From NCBI GenBank assembly GCA_030141605.1, contig JAQGDQ010000168.1, positions 372,001 through 436,000 on the forward strand: DNA of 64,000 nt, written 5' to 3'. The notes below the pieces were generated by a model. It saw only the letters and a list, made by a program, of their open reading frames with translations. It did not search any database and was not told the DNA's origin. Source of the stretch: Tubiluchus corallicola (taxonomy: Eukaryota; Animalia; Priapulida). Every line of letters starts with the position of its first letter. The first letter of the stretch is position 1. The position numbers and the translations under genes are program-made. Positions 1 to 13,520 of this stretch are shown here, one piece after another.

Positions 1-191
1 AATAATAATAATAATATAAATAAATGATCATATTAATTACATGGAATCACATAAACTAATTTACAAATTTGTCATTTAAAAAAGTAAATTTTGCTTTTGG
101 CACTCTGGGTAATCTTTAATTGGGCTTTACAGTGAATATGTGTGTTTGCTATAAAACTGAATGAAAAATTTAGTGTCGCCATTAAAAACAC

Positions 192-1047
192 TCATCCACG
201 CAAAATAAGAGTTCTACAACTACACCTTGATACAAATTTAACACTTTTTCTCGTAAATTTTTTGGTTGCTTCAGGACACACTAATATCACACTCTTCCAC
301 TGGTATTCTTCAGGTGCGCAAGTGGAACAAGACTCGAAGTTTCTATGTCCTTTAACAGAAAAATGGCCTTTCTTCGGCACGTAGAAAGAGTTGCATTGAC
401 CATAGCAGAATTTGTTGACGACATGTGAGGCATTTCTTATGGCGAAGTTTGTTAACAACATAACCGATTTTACACCATCCTGGTGAAATAGAACTTTTCT
501 GATCTACCACGAGACCCCTGCTGCTTGGAGACACTAAAAGACCGGCTTGTCCAATTGGTTTTTTATCTACGAAAAATAAAGATTTTATTTATTCATTAAA
601 AATCCATTTTCCATTCAAAAAATGTAAATACCGTTTGTGCTGCTACTTTCCCTTGGTTACTGCAAATTATTACACCCAAGAAGTTTTTTACAGCAACACA
701 TAAGTGTGTTACCAAATGCATTTTAGACGGTCTCTATGACAGGAAAAATGAATTTGATTAATTAGCAATAACAATTCCATTAAAAATTACAGATTTATGA
801 TTATTTTACTACCACTTAATTCTTTACATTTTGTCCGGTATCTGAACGATTTGTCTGGTTCAGCGTACAAAAATCCGTTGGGTCCTTTCCGCTCTAAATT
901 CGTCTGCAGAACGAACGCTTCTCTTGGTGCTTCTTTCTTCTTATATTTCGCTGATCGTTCTATCTTTTTGTTGCCGCCAGCCATGACCGTGATGCAAAAT
1001 AAAAAAACTTGGAGAATATACAGGAAATTTATGATTACAAATTTCAT
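192..1047 (-). CDS. GREM1: Gremlin/DAN-family secreted BMP antagonist (cystine knot), 2 coding exons, with an apparent frameshift
   Basis: Exon 1 runs 1047 to about 813 with a signal peptide (MKFVIINFLYILQVFLFCITVMA) and a phase-1 GT donor. Exon 2 starts at 566 after tttttcgtAG and reads DKKPIGQAGLLVSPSSRGLVVDQKSSISPGWCKIGYVVNKLRHKKCLT. It then continues in another frame as VVNKFCYGQCNSFYVPKK...FESCSTCAP...VILVCPE...VKFVSRCSC, stop at 192. This matches the Gremlin pattern WCK...C...NRFCYGQCNSFYIP...CSFCKP...LNCP...CRC. The paralog (GREM1, GREM2 or another DAN gene) is not resolved. Confidence 0.85.
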
Positions 1048-2274
1048 CCTTTCAGGAAACTACGTTGAGCACTTGAGCAATTTTGTAGAGCTTCAAAGTA
1101 AACCACAAGATATATAATTCACATCCAAGAGATATTAAACTGCTTGAAGCACGCGATCTTGGTAATTACTCTAGTAAACATCAATGCCTGTGTAGCCTTT
1201 GAGGCTTGAGTTAACCTATGATGTAAATTTCCAAGCACCAGTAGGCTAATGAAAATTTAAAATATAATAAATTTGGCCGTAAATAGATTTAAAGTTTCGT
1301 TTTAGTGAAACGCCGTTTTTTCTAATTTGTTAATTGTTTACGTCCTTCCAGTTGTTCAGTCTTTACAGGCGAAACTGAAGCAGCTTTGTTTTCATTTCAG
1401 TTGTATTAAAAGACTGATTCGAGACATGAAAAGACTCCATAAACCGCTACGTAGTGAACACACATAGACAAGCTTTATGAAAATTCTTCTCGGTCGCAAA
1501 GTTTCACTTTCCTTGATATAATAGTCCTTTCCTATAATAGTCCTTTTCCACAAAGTCAAGTAGCGCTGAACGGTTCTTCCGTATGTTAATTCACCATATG
1601 CATCTGTGTAACTCAAGTACCGAAAACCTGAAATCGTGAATCACTTCTGAAAACCAGAACAAACTGCAAAGCTGAAATGTAATGTCTTGCATTTTCGCTA
1701 TACACAGAGCATCCCTGTTTTTGCCTGGCGTCCTGTTCCGCTGCATAGCATGTGGAAACTAATTACGACATAGACCATAATGGAAGTGCTTACAGTCGGC
1801 AGGATGTTTATTAAATACTCAATAGTTAGGCCTGTTAGCAGCTAGATATTAAAGATCATAGGGCTTCTTCATAAGGAAGTTATGAAAGATAGGCTATGAA
1901 CTCACATGTGCCTTGGCTTGTTTAAGTTTTAGCTGCCCGGGCGTCTCTGCTGAAATGTTTAACAGCAGAAATTTCTTACAGTACGTAGATAGAGCCACTT
2001 AACATCAGCTATATGTAAGTCAATACAGAAAGTTTATGGCTTAATTTTGCAGCCGAAACATACAAAAAGCTGTTTAAAATCTGGTGTTTTTTCGGATTCT
2101 AGATCAGTTTTCAGATTCCAAGCACCGAAATTCTTGAGACTTCATAACCATAAGGGCGTTCCTAATCCTAATCCCTCACTAACCAAGATTCTGCATCACA
2201 GCCGAGTCTTTCTGATGTATCCCTAGTTTTTATTGATTTTCTACTTCACAGCTTTCTTTGGCAACTCACACGTG

Positions 2275-2810
2275 CACTGGGCTAGGGTCACGAAACTCAC
2301 AGGGCACACTGCCCCGGTAGGGAGTCAATGTTTACACGTGACACTTCAGCCACACGTCAAAGATCACAGTGTGGGCAGGTCTTCTAATTTTTTCGTTAGG
2401 ATAGATCATTAGAGTTAGAGCGTCAATTTCTGGTGTGTCACTAGGTGGGGTCGAGATTTTGCGCACGGCTGAGTACGGGGTTTTGAGTATGGCACAATTT
2501 TCCGCTAGGGACAAAACTGAAATTGGGGACACAAGTGCTTCTGGGACACCGACAAACCGAATCAACTGGTGTAAGTTTCACCGAGTTTGGGTATCGGACG
2601 GACATCAAGGTCACAGGTTAAAAATAAAAAGGTTAGCTTTTAGTATTAAAGTGTTCGCGAAACACCGGCCAAAAAACGACTGTCGGGCGCGGTATTGGAA
2701 TTTTTAAAGAACTTTTACAGCTTTTTAGAAAGAAAAAGAACTGGGCCACAAAGTGCTGCAAGATTTTTTCCCGGAGACACCTAAATGAACGCGAATACCG
2801 ACCTGAATAC
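2275..2810. mobile_element. GC-rich non-coding insertion, probable non-autonomous DNA transposon
   Basis: An abrupt GC/CpG-rich island with no credible ORF in an AT-rich background. Termini were not defined. Confidence 0.3.
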
Positions 2811-4495
2811 TTTTGTTAAGTTTCCCTAATCGCGCTACAAAATTATACTATACTAATTTCATTATTAAAATTTGTTTGAATATGCTAGTGTTAAAATGCT
2901 ATTAAACGTAAAATTAATTATTTTACAACTTTCTGAACTCGCTGATAACGGGGCCAAGGACACAGCTATGTTGTCACCTTGTGTTTGGTTCCAAAAGAGT
3001 AACACATGACGTAGTTAATAAGTAGAGGGGTAACTGGTCACCGGTCAAAAAACTAGAAGTTCTAATTTTACTAAAACAAAATTCAAATCATAAGTAGTCA
3101 TGCAAGAGTAATTCAACGGAGGCAAACTTGTGACCTTTAGAGACCTAGCTTACAAGCCACTGTCAAAACCTAACAAATTCCGATTTCATTTTACTGTTAA
3201 TAGCAAACACAACAGGACTCACATGCATGTCGTTAACTATTTAGAAAACACATCAAAACGCAAAACGGAAGCCGTTGCTTGAAATATATCCTATCACAGA
3301 AGCAGAATCTTAGCACAGCTATTGACATTGTCAAAAACGTTCACTAGTTTAATTTTCTTTGTAGCTAATTGTCCAGCAATACTCACCCTTTGATAAACTG
3401 TTAGCTTACTCAGTAACTGAAATTTTTTTATCAATAATTTTGCGCCTTTTTTCACTGCCATGCTAACTCTAAAGCATCATAATTTTGATATGTTGTTTAT
3501 TCTAGCACATTGCCTATAATATAGCTTTTACTTGACGTGACGAGAGATGATACTTTCTAGCTAGTTTCATTACGCAAATCCCGCGTAATTTTTTAACCCT
3601 TCTTTACCAGATTATTTTGTTTTTTCTGTTTAGTATAGATTTAAATATTTCACACCTTAAAAATGAAAAGTCAGGATCGTATACTTAGTAACGTAAATCG
3701 TATCTTGACAAAATAGTAATACATATAATACATGTAGTTAAAATATTACAAGTTTACACACACCAGAAACCGTTTATATACATGTATACATGTATACATA
3801 CATACATACATTATAATTATATGAAGTATTTATAGAAATAGGGATAAAAGCGTTACATTTATAAAAAAAATAGTGTATAATGCTAAAGTATTTTTAAATT
3901 AATTATGCTTTTTAAATTTACAATAATTAATTGACCGATGTCTTCTGTGTTTCGGTCTTAGATTGGTGGTCATACAGTTATCAACTGGTTGGTGTCTGAG
4001 ACAACCACTCCACTTCGTTGATGATTCGGTCAATAATTCACTGAAACTGATGAGTTCACCTCAAAAAATCGATGTTTCTTTTTAGTTTGCTCTTATATTG
4101 ATAAGCGTCTCGTTAACTACTTTACGTCAGGAAATTTTCTGAATTTTTTTTCTAATTGTCTGCTTCTGCTAAACTTTTCCTGTGTTGCAATCAGTTGTTT
4201 ACGTTTCAGTTGTAAACAGCTTCACTCGTCAACTTGTTACAATAAATATCACCTAGTTCTCGCAATTACACTACGAAATTATACGCATAACATAATAAAC
4301 TCACATGTAAATAGATGCAAAGATATAAAATAAAACTATCATTTTATACAAATATGTAAAGATACATGTAGGTAGGACCTTGATAACACATAGATAAATA
4401 AACAGTACTACTTTAATACTCTACAACTAATCATAAAATAGTCAAAAGCTAAAATGGAAGATTTAGTTGGGTAAACATGCATAAATTATTTTTCT

Positions 4496-4590
4496 AAGAG
4501 CGAAACTATTTTCATAGCTAAATATCCCAGTTTAATTTAATTTAAGAGCGAAACTATTTTCATAGCTAAATATCCCAGTTTAATTTAATT
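4496..4590. repeat. Tandem duplication, about 48 bp x2
   Basis: aagagcgaaactattttcatagctaaatatcccagtttaatttaatt occurs twice. Confidence 0.9.
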
Positions 4591-5717
4591 CAATGGACAC
4601 TGCACCTCACAGCACTAGATGAATATATTAGTTCTATAGTATAATTGTTAACTATTATAAACTTGTAACATTCAATTGATCTTTGTCTGAGTTTTTAAAA
4701 ATGAAATACCTTAATTAAAGGCAAACTAGCTTCTATTAGTTGAATAATAATTTTAACAGATGGCCACATAAAAGCTGTAACAGTGCTACTCTTGAATGTT
4801 ATACTTAACGTTGTTGTGACATCTGATGTCAACAAATGAAGCATTGTGTAACTTGGTGCAATTTTAAGATCGCTAATTTAGTAACTACATTATGCCTACA
4901 TTATGAACATTGACTGCTGACAACATTCATACAAAAATAAAAAATTTGGTTAAAAGTCCATCAGTTGGATCTATGTATATACAATAATGCCTCATTGTTT
5001 GTTTTCAGTTCAACTATTTTAATAAGTACAGCATGATGAATGACAGAATAGCGCTTGAAAACTCTGTGGCTTCATCATTTATTTTATAACAGTAATGTTG
5101 CACAGTTTGTTTGTTGAAGAATTCAAAACTTATTATTGGAAAAATTATATTAGAATGGCTTATTAACTAACAAAAACAGTTCTTTTTCCTTCTTGCCTCA
5201 TTTCCTTCTTCTTTCAACTTTCAATTCTTGTTACATTTACTCTTTTTTCTTTTATTATTTCCTTCTTTCTTTCTGACTTTCTCACTTCCTTCCTTATGTC
5301 TCATTTTCTTTCTTTCCTTCCTTCTTTCGTTCATTCTTTTTCATTTCCAACTTCCTTGCTTCGTTATTTCATTCGTTCTTTTTACCTTTCTGCTTTTCCT
5401 TCGTTTATCCTTTCATTTATTTATTTGGTTGGTTTTTCTGTTCCCCTATCCTTCTTCAGCCTCGTTTTTTATGTTCCTTTATGTTTCTGGAAAAGCTTGT
5501 TTAATATACGATTATGTGATAATCATGTAAATTGTCTCTGATAAAAATCACACACTGACCGGTAAAAGTAATGGAACCGGCTTATCGAGTGACTAGAAAC
5601 TGCATAAGCAGCCGTTCTCATTAAGTCATAAGATTAATGAGTTTTTCTCGCCGACGTCACATTCATTTTCAAAGCGACACAGCATCAAGTCGGCGCATCA
5701 CATTCTCAAATTCATTG

Positions 5718-5882
5718 CTAGCGAAAAGTTTCTTTGAGGATGTCACATGATGCTGTGGCATCATTATAGCGGCACTCGTACTCGATGCAGTGAAACGTGT
5801 CACCCCAGTTGCCATGATGTTTGTCGCCTTCTTTGTAAAATTTGCATTGCATAGAGGTCCGAAAGAATCCTCGGTCGATTAT
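5718..5882 (-). CDS. CNRIP1: CNRIP1 (CB1 cannabinoid receptor-interacting protein 1), last coding exon
   Basis: Acceptor ctctcctctttcAG, phase 0. Encodes IIDRGFFRTSMQCKFYKEGDKHHGNWGDTFHCIEYECRYNDATASCDILKETFR*, which aligns with the CNRIP1 C-terminus (FTDIGTFETVWQVKFY...HCQWGSPFSVIEYEC...KESFL). Confidence 0.85.
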   Translation of the reverse strand: MIDRGFFRTSMQCKFYKEGDKHHGNWGDTFHCIEYECRYNDATASCDILKETFR

Positions 5883-8192
5883 CTGAAAGAGGAGAGATAG
5901 TGTACAAAACAGTTTGAGTTTAAAGACAAATGGCAAATACAAGAACTATAAAAAACAGCAACAAGAAGTCCATCACAAAATCTAGAATGGTATTTTTGTT
6001 TTACATCAGCACTATAATGCTCGGACAATCCATTTTGGTGCCTCAGTTCTTCTTATAGCCAATGTTCAATGCTGAGTCTAAACTCAATCTCAACCTTATC
6101 TATATCTGAACGAGTTCAGTCGGTGCCTATACATCTGTATGGCAAAACAGGATTTCTTTGCTTAAAAGGTTCTCAGAAGACTAACTGGCAACAAGACCTT
6201 CGCGATGAAATCACACAGAAGTTGAACGCCTCCTCCTTTTCTCTCTAGTGTCTCTAATGCCTAATTTCTGTGTCATAATGGGTTATGTGAAAATAAAATA
6301 AAGAAAGAAAATAAGCAAAATATTGCATTTAGTACTTTCCCTGCCCATTTTCACTTGATAGCTTGTAGACGTCATGGATGTCCAGAACAGTGAAACACAC
6401 TGCGAGTGTGAGCCTGGAACTTGTTGTTGTGTGTTTCAGTAGTTTGCTAGACTGTGAACAACTAATTAAGTGAATCAAGGATGTAGCCGCGTGGAAGCAT
6501 TCAAGGTGAAATGCCCCACTGACCAAGAAAAGTTACTATTGTGATAATAATTATCACTAAGTACTTGATTTACGTCCCGTCATTCCATTTATCTCTTTAA
6601 AAATAGGGCACGCAGCAAAAAGCTCTGATTCTGTCGCTGGAAGGAAAAAATAAAAAGAACAAAGAACCTAAAACAAGAAAGATATGCAAATACTAAGCAA
6701 TTCTCCTCACACCTATGCGTTCTAAACTACCCACTTAAGCGAACTTATCCCAGTGTGATTTTTATAACTACTATGTTTCCATTTGACATACATCGAATCT
6801 AAGTGGAATGTTTTTTCTTTGTCCTTTACTGCTGATTTCGTTTTTTTCAGTACTCCAGCTGCCTAGGTATATTGATTTATGATCGCTACCTTCTTTTGAT
6901 TCCATCTCCATAACATCACCATCCAAATTAAATGATCTGCAACACAATATAACATCATTAGTTCAAATATAAATAGCGGCATTATTGCAATTATACAGAA
7001 ATAAACTGTGATGACACAGAACCGATTGTCAGTAAACTTCATTTTCACTGACGTCATCATCCAAAACTGATACTTCGACAAGAGAAAACAATAGGACAAT
7101 AGGGACCAAATCATTTTTATAGACGCACAAACGTTGACGTCACCGAACAAATTAACAACTCTCTGTCTGGATGCAAATAAAAGCCATTCATAATAATGTT
7201 AAGACCACACCATTTTCAGGATTAGCGAGTATTTAGAATTCGGTATGTAAAATACAGGAGGTATAAATTATAAAATTAATGTTCATTTATTAAAAATTAT
7301 TTAAAACGTTATAACATTGCCCAGACAGAAACTATGAGATAAACTATTATAGTATTTTATCACATTGTAAGTACGACGAAATGGAATTTGTTTCCAACCC
7401 CACCCACTGTGTGTACTATAATGGTTATAATCGTTACGGACGCGATGGTTTCGTTGTCTAGTAGGTGCTTCTTACCATTTCAGCACCTGTTATACTGGCA
7501 TGGAGGACGCAGAAAGAGCAGACTGGCATACTATCCGTTTTATTACAATATTTTAATATTTTGCAAACTATAGAACAGACAAGTGTTACGTTTCTGACAA
7601 AATGTGATCAATAATAGACGCTGCTGGTCTAAATCAATCGTTGCATCTAAAGGATAAGTTAATGGAAAACACAGCTGCTAGTCTGCAGAAAAAACTGAGA
7701 AATTGTCAAAGAGCTGTGCATTACTTGTTAATTATGACTGGGTGGGGGACATAATTATTTATCATAGAGACAGACACCCGTTCAGTTATAACAGACTTTG
7801 GAAACCATATAAAGGAGGAATTACGTATCCAATTCCTGATATCACCTACTTTCTGGTAATGTCGAGATTTGAAATGTCAAGACTCGAAAGTTGAATGTCT
7901 CATTAATAGTGTGGATTCAGGCAGAAAACTGACATGAGACTTTAATAGGTGACTCGTATAAATTGTTAATTTCCGCTGCCTGGCTTGTTTAAAGATCTGT
8001 GGTTTTGCCATTAAATTCGCGTCTCTCTATGGGTTTTGTCAAGCACTTTTTGTGAACTCTTCAATCTATAGAAGATACACGAGAAAATGAAATGGTTGCC
8101 ATTTAGATCAAAATTTATGATCAATTACCTTGACGATATTCGGCAGTTTTGCACATAGATGGTTATGTTATGAAATTATTTATTCCATGTTT

Positions 8193-8237
8193 CTGTTGCT
8201 GCTGCTGCTGTTGTTGTTGTTGTTGTTGTTGTTGTTC

Positions 8238-8275
<38 letters not shown>
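8193..8275. repeat. (GCT)n/(GTT)n microsatellite
   Basis: Directly visible in the sequence. Confidence 0.95.
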
Positions 8276-9605
8276 AAAAACTCTAGTTTAAAATATGTGT
8301 TCAAATGATGCACCTATATTTAGCCCATTCAGCCCTCAATGTGTACGACAAATTTTGTGACCTAGTCCACTTTTTTAATTCGGCTTCTTCCAGTGGTGAA
8401 TAATTAGTTCGCTTTATATGGTACATAAAATATACCATATGGATTATCAAACTTGTGAAATATAGTACCAAAGCTCGCGAATGGTCGAGCTTAGAATTTC
8501 ATTACGGTTAACTGGCTTTTCATTACGTGTAAAATTAATTTAATCGATTAATTTACAGACGAATTTATGGCTGACAAGCCATAAAGATACTCGAGATAGT
8601 TATATTAATTGGCAATAAGAAAATGTAAGAGAATTTGACGTTAATAATAGCAATTTTCTCGCCTTTACGAGAAATTTATTTTTCCGGGTTGCTGTAAAAT
8701 TAGTGCTTTGGTCTTAGTTTCGTTAGGAAGTCAATTTCGTTATTCTTTCGCGTGTTCCCTAACTTTCTTCGTGCACTATTTTCCTTTTCTGTTTCTTTGT
8801 TACCTGCTTGTTTTACTTTTTCGCTTTTATTTAATTATTCATTTTTTATTATCGATTCATTTATTCTCTCTCTCGGTCTTTCTCTCTCTCTCTCTCTCTC
8901 GTTTTCTCTCTCTTATTCTTTCTCTCTTTCCTTCTTTTCCTCACACTTTCCTCTTTCCTCAACTCTTTCTCTGACTCGCATTATTTTCCTCTTTATTTTT
9001 GTATTTCTTCAATAAAAGTGCGTTAAATAGAATGAACATGCGTTAATTTGTTGTTATAGGACGTGAACTATCTAACTAGCATTATATTTTTTCTTCTATT
9101 TGCAATTCATTTCGCTACACGTATGTATTAATTTCAAATAATACATAGGCACGTAAATGTCAGGTGGTGCAAAAATATTTTAATGTTTTGATTACGATAT
9201 CATAAGAAGAGAATAATGGAATCGCGTGAAGATTAACCTAGTTGATGTTATAGATGCTTGTGCAAACATCAAAAATTTTAGATGATTCCCTTAGATATGT
9301 CCAAAAACACAGGATGAAAAACAGCCTCCTCATTATTGCTTATGGTGCACGATGGCAGGATGTTAAACAATCATATAGTACATGTACATGAAGGAAATGC
9401 TGTTAGAAAGAAAACTGCTTGACATACGTAATGATACACATATATCACAAATACTAGTAAACAATTAAAATACCCATTTAAATTGAACTCTTCGCTTTAA
9501 TTTAATATATTAACTAATTATTTGTTTCACGCATTCTACATAACTCCTAGATATTGTTCAAACAAATCTAAGAAAGTTGGATTTAATACGAATTATGTTC
9601 ATTGT

Positions 9606-9780
9606 ACTTTGTCAAAGTTAGTTTACGCCTGTGTAGAGTTCTTAGAAAATAGACGTAAAATGTCTAGGTAAAGTGAGAAAGTGACGCAGCAGAAACACTT
9701 ATTTCACAAATTTCCTAAAACACAATGATGTTATATGAATGCCTTGGAATTTTGAAATTTTTTTATACTTTTGCAACAGG
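9606..9780 (+). repeat. Dispersed repeat of about 180-190 bp, copy A
   Basis: actttgtcaaagt...tgtctaggtaaagtgagaaagtgacgcagcagaaa is related to 23827-24005 (direct) and 18070-18260 (inverted). Confidence 0.65.
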
Positions 9781-10884
9781 CAGTTTACAAAAGTCAAGTA
9801 TAAGCAATTAGCCATATATACGAAAAATGAACTTAGAGGTTGCAGCAATAATAATTAACCCCTCTTACTCAACGGCCGGCATACCAATTTCGAATACAAT
9901 TAACCTGATATTAGCGCTAATAATTGCACAGGAGTTTAAGCAAACAAGCTTGTGCTTCCTAACCAAAAGCATCAATTTTGACAATTCAGAGTTTGAGCAT
10001 TCAATTTGCTATGAGAGGCGGAGTGGGTCATTACTGAGACCTAAGCAATTATCTGAAGCCAAATGCAGGGCATGTTTCGTGGCTTGCGTGCATGGAGCGG
10101 TGTACGTGTTCGAGAGAAGGCGATACGAATTTGCGACGGCTGAAGCCAGAACAATAATATTATGACTATATAAAACTGTCCGTCGATGGCTCATAAATTT
10201 TCCGTGAATAAGTGATTTGTTGCCTAGTAGTAGTAATCTCGTAGATATCGATAAAAAGGAAAATATTTCGTGCTTTTGAGTCGAATTTCTGGTAGATTGT
10301 TGAGTGACAGGCTGACCGACTGAGAAGGGTATGGCGGTGCGTTCACTAAAGCACTGGGGTCTTTATTTTTATTTTTTATTAAGATATCCATACATACAAT
10401 AACATTAACTGCATAAAACAATGAAAGCTGCACAGTAATAAAAGAGACAAGTGAAACTGGGTATCGGGGAGATACAAATCGCAAAATTACTACCTACATG
10501 TGTCTGCAAAAATTCAAAAGTCAATTTTAATTAATCTTTGACTACGCCATTTACTGAAGGCGGCATTTATCAGTGGAGACCCATTTACAAGTTCAGGAAG
10601 AGAATTCCGGTTCTATTATGATACGAATGTTGAGCTTCGGTATGAATGTTGAGCAACTAACAATACGCTTCCTGAAGACGCTTTTCGTGAAAGGCTTTTA
10701 CTAGATAGAAAGAATTAGAAACCTCTAAAATTCTGCTAAGAAGCCCGTCGCCTATATTTGTTTATGTTTTGTTTGTTTTGCTGTTTTGAAAAACAAATAA
10801 ATTCTTGCAATTAACCATTCTGTTGTTAACCAAACTATTAATGTTTATGTATTGTGTCACTGTTCTAAACTTGCCAAGAGAAAA

Positions 10885-10946
10885 GTCTAGTCTAGTCTAG
10901 TCTAGATAAGTCCAGACCAGTCGAGTCGAGTCTAGTCTAGTCTAGT
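10885..10946. repeat. (TCTAG)n microsatellite
   Basis: Directly visible, imperfect. Confidence 0.85.
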
Positions 10947-11863
10947 TTATTTATAACCAGCAGACTGAATATTTACAAAAATTACAACACAAATGATTGG
11001 TGTAATACAATAAATTAAATGGTTTAATTGAATCATTGTGCATAATTCTTTTTTGCGTGAAACTAGCTTGTCCACCCACCCAACACGTGTATTAATAGTA
11101 TAGCCTACTTTATTACATATCGTGCTTATGAGCCCTTTCCTACTTCCAAATAACATGTATGTATCACGTTTTTATGTATCCAAGGAAAAAAATAAAATTT
11201 CTATCTAATCCATTCATATTAATTAAATGCTTAGTAATATCTCTTTGCGGCCGCGTATATGCAGAATCTTCCAAAATATTCAGCGAAGTTTCTGCACTGT
11301 AACTTAAAATAGCTCGTAGGAGAAACACAAGGTGTTGTGGTTTCGCATTGAGCAACATTACCAAAGCCTCAAGGAAGCCATACCTGCGGCAAACTACCAG
11401 ATTAATGTAGTTTCATTTAATATGGCGATAGCAGGTAATTGAAACCTCCTGCTGACTGCATTCTGCATAGGTTCTATTAATTTTCTACTCGGAGAGAGCA
11501 ATAATGATACTCACCATTGTCAGATAAGAAAGAAAGTATAAAGGTATAGCCACTTAGCGCTTTTCAGCGATTTTTGATGGCTTTCAGCATGTAACGTAAA
11601 AATCCGAACCGCTGAAGCCCAGTGGCGCGAGAAGAGCAGGATTGGTCGCACGGCATTCTGGGTAATCGATAGCACTGTGGGTAAGCAAACATCTGTTTTA
11701 ATAATTAAATCCGTGCAGGCCTACTGTGCCCGAGTTTACATACGGATTAATTTGTTCTCTGGGATCACTTGTCTTATCCCAGCAGTTACGTGTTTAGTAT
11801 TTAGTTCAAGGTGCTCAAATAGGAAATTTAACAGAAAAGGCGAAGAAAATGTTTACTAATCGT

Positions 11864-11925
11864 CACTGCCGGATTTAGACTCGGTGAGGCCCTAAGCTGT
11901 ATAAAGCCCTGAGGCCCTCACCGAT
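11864..11925 (+). mobile_element. hAT-type terminal sequence (left end)
   Basis: cactgccggatttagac...gaggccctaag...gaggccc resembles CAGGGCCGGATT/GAGGCCC hAT termini. A related right-end-like sequence is at 56565-56595. Confidence 0.4.
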
Positions 11926-13383
11926 AATCATCCATTTTCGTAACACTATCTATCTGTAACATTACAGAACTCTCCATACAGGATTGTACATTTTATCTAC
12001 AATAATAATTAATTATTTATAAACTGTGTCTTCATAATAATTACATTATTAAAAGAACTAAATTTGTTTACTTTAGTGTATGCTAAATGTTAAATTGTTC
12101 TAAAAATTGGAAAAATTCACAGTTTTGGCTTCAGATCACTAATGACCTACCTGCATTGACCTACACATGGCACACTTACAGTGACTTATGCTTATAGTAT
12201 ATAGACACACCATGCCATATGGTAAAATTATATTAACGAATATGTGATACCACCTTACAGTTATCTATTTTTCAATTTTTAGTAGTTAAACAAAAGAAAA
12301 GACAAACTCTAGTTTAAGCTTGAACCAAAAAGGTATAAAAAAGAAAAATTCTCAAATACCACACACTAAGATCAGTGGAGTATTCACAGTAACGATAGCT
12401 GCCTTTTCTAAGAAAATATAACTAGCAAATTAACAAATTACTAATTTTCAGCCGGACCTCCTTATGGGAGCTAGCCTTGCTTTTCCGGCCATCTTGTTCA
12501 AAAACCATTACTTTTTGCTTATCTTTACCAACTTTTGTAAGCTACGCTCGTTCTTCAATAAAATAAATAATAATAATTATTATTATTAAATAATAAATGA
12601 TAGTATTCTATCAAGCTATTAGTGACGCAGATATTCCACTAGGGATACCAAAGTTTATGAGTTGTTTTATATTGAGAAAAAAACAATTATTTTGATTTTA
12701 ACTTGAGCTTCGTGCTTGCAAGACGATTACTCTTAGGTCTGCCATATGTTTATGTATCGAATACTACTAAAATTAATAACAAGAATGCTAATACAAATAA
12801 TTTTGCAGGGACAGTAGATTTCGTGACACTTAGTTATCAAAAAATTGTGACATTTACAAAGACAAAATATGGATTATGCAGTGAACGTGTAGACTGCTTT
12901 CGCTTATTTTAATTTCTCCTCCTCCATCAAATAGGCCAGGTATTGGTTCAACACTCAAAACCGTGATTTCGTTTTTTTTAAAAACCTGCCTATTGTCACT
13001 TGATTCGTGATCATAGTTTAGGCCAATTATTTCAAAATAATGCTCGATTTTGCTCCTAGGTAGGATCTTTACCGCGAAACAAACAACGTGACTTAATGGG
13101 AAATCCAACTGTATAGAAAATTAGTTGTGAGCACTACCCATGTTGTTGTTAATAAACTGGGCATATTAATTCTAATTCACGTTTGTGAGGTTAGTTCTTT
13201 AATTTTGCATTTTCGCTTGCCTAAATGTCTGAGCGTTTGAGCCTCATCGTTTAAAAAATCAAGTCTAATGTTGGTCGCTGAACAAAACGATTTCAACACT
13301 CTGGGTCCTTTGATAAAATTAAGTGTTAAAGCATTAGCTAACGTTTAATTGGATAATAGGCTAAAAGGCGGTGATTTTTCATT

Positions 13384-13520
13384 GTAGATAGTCAATACTT
13401 CAATATAGATGTCAGTGCTTCAATACAGATGATCAATGTTTCAATACAGATGGTCAAAGCTCGGATGTAAATCATCAATGCCTCACTGTAATTAGTCGAT
13501 GCTTCAATATTAACGGTCAA
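13384..13520. repeat. Degenerate minisatellite, about 21 bp
   Basis: Units resemble acagatgatcaatgtttcaat. Confidence 0.7.

Noticed and set aside
5228-5541. Hydrophobic F/L/S-rich ORFs (also 8708-9015)
   Set aside because: These are pyrimidine-rich low-complexity tracts.
10494-10503. 10-nt micro-exon on - (tttgcAG|ACACATGTAG|GTAGTA)
   Set aside because: The donor is weak and the exon would add a stop or frameshift; expected by chance in 27 kb of intron.
10670-10695. Hammerhead-ribozyme-like CTGAAGA...GAAA (a similar CTGATGA occurs at about 4047)
   Set aside because: Stem II is out of register and no stems I/III or cleavage triplet were found; the 4047 site lacks GAAA.
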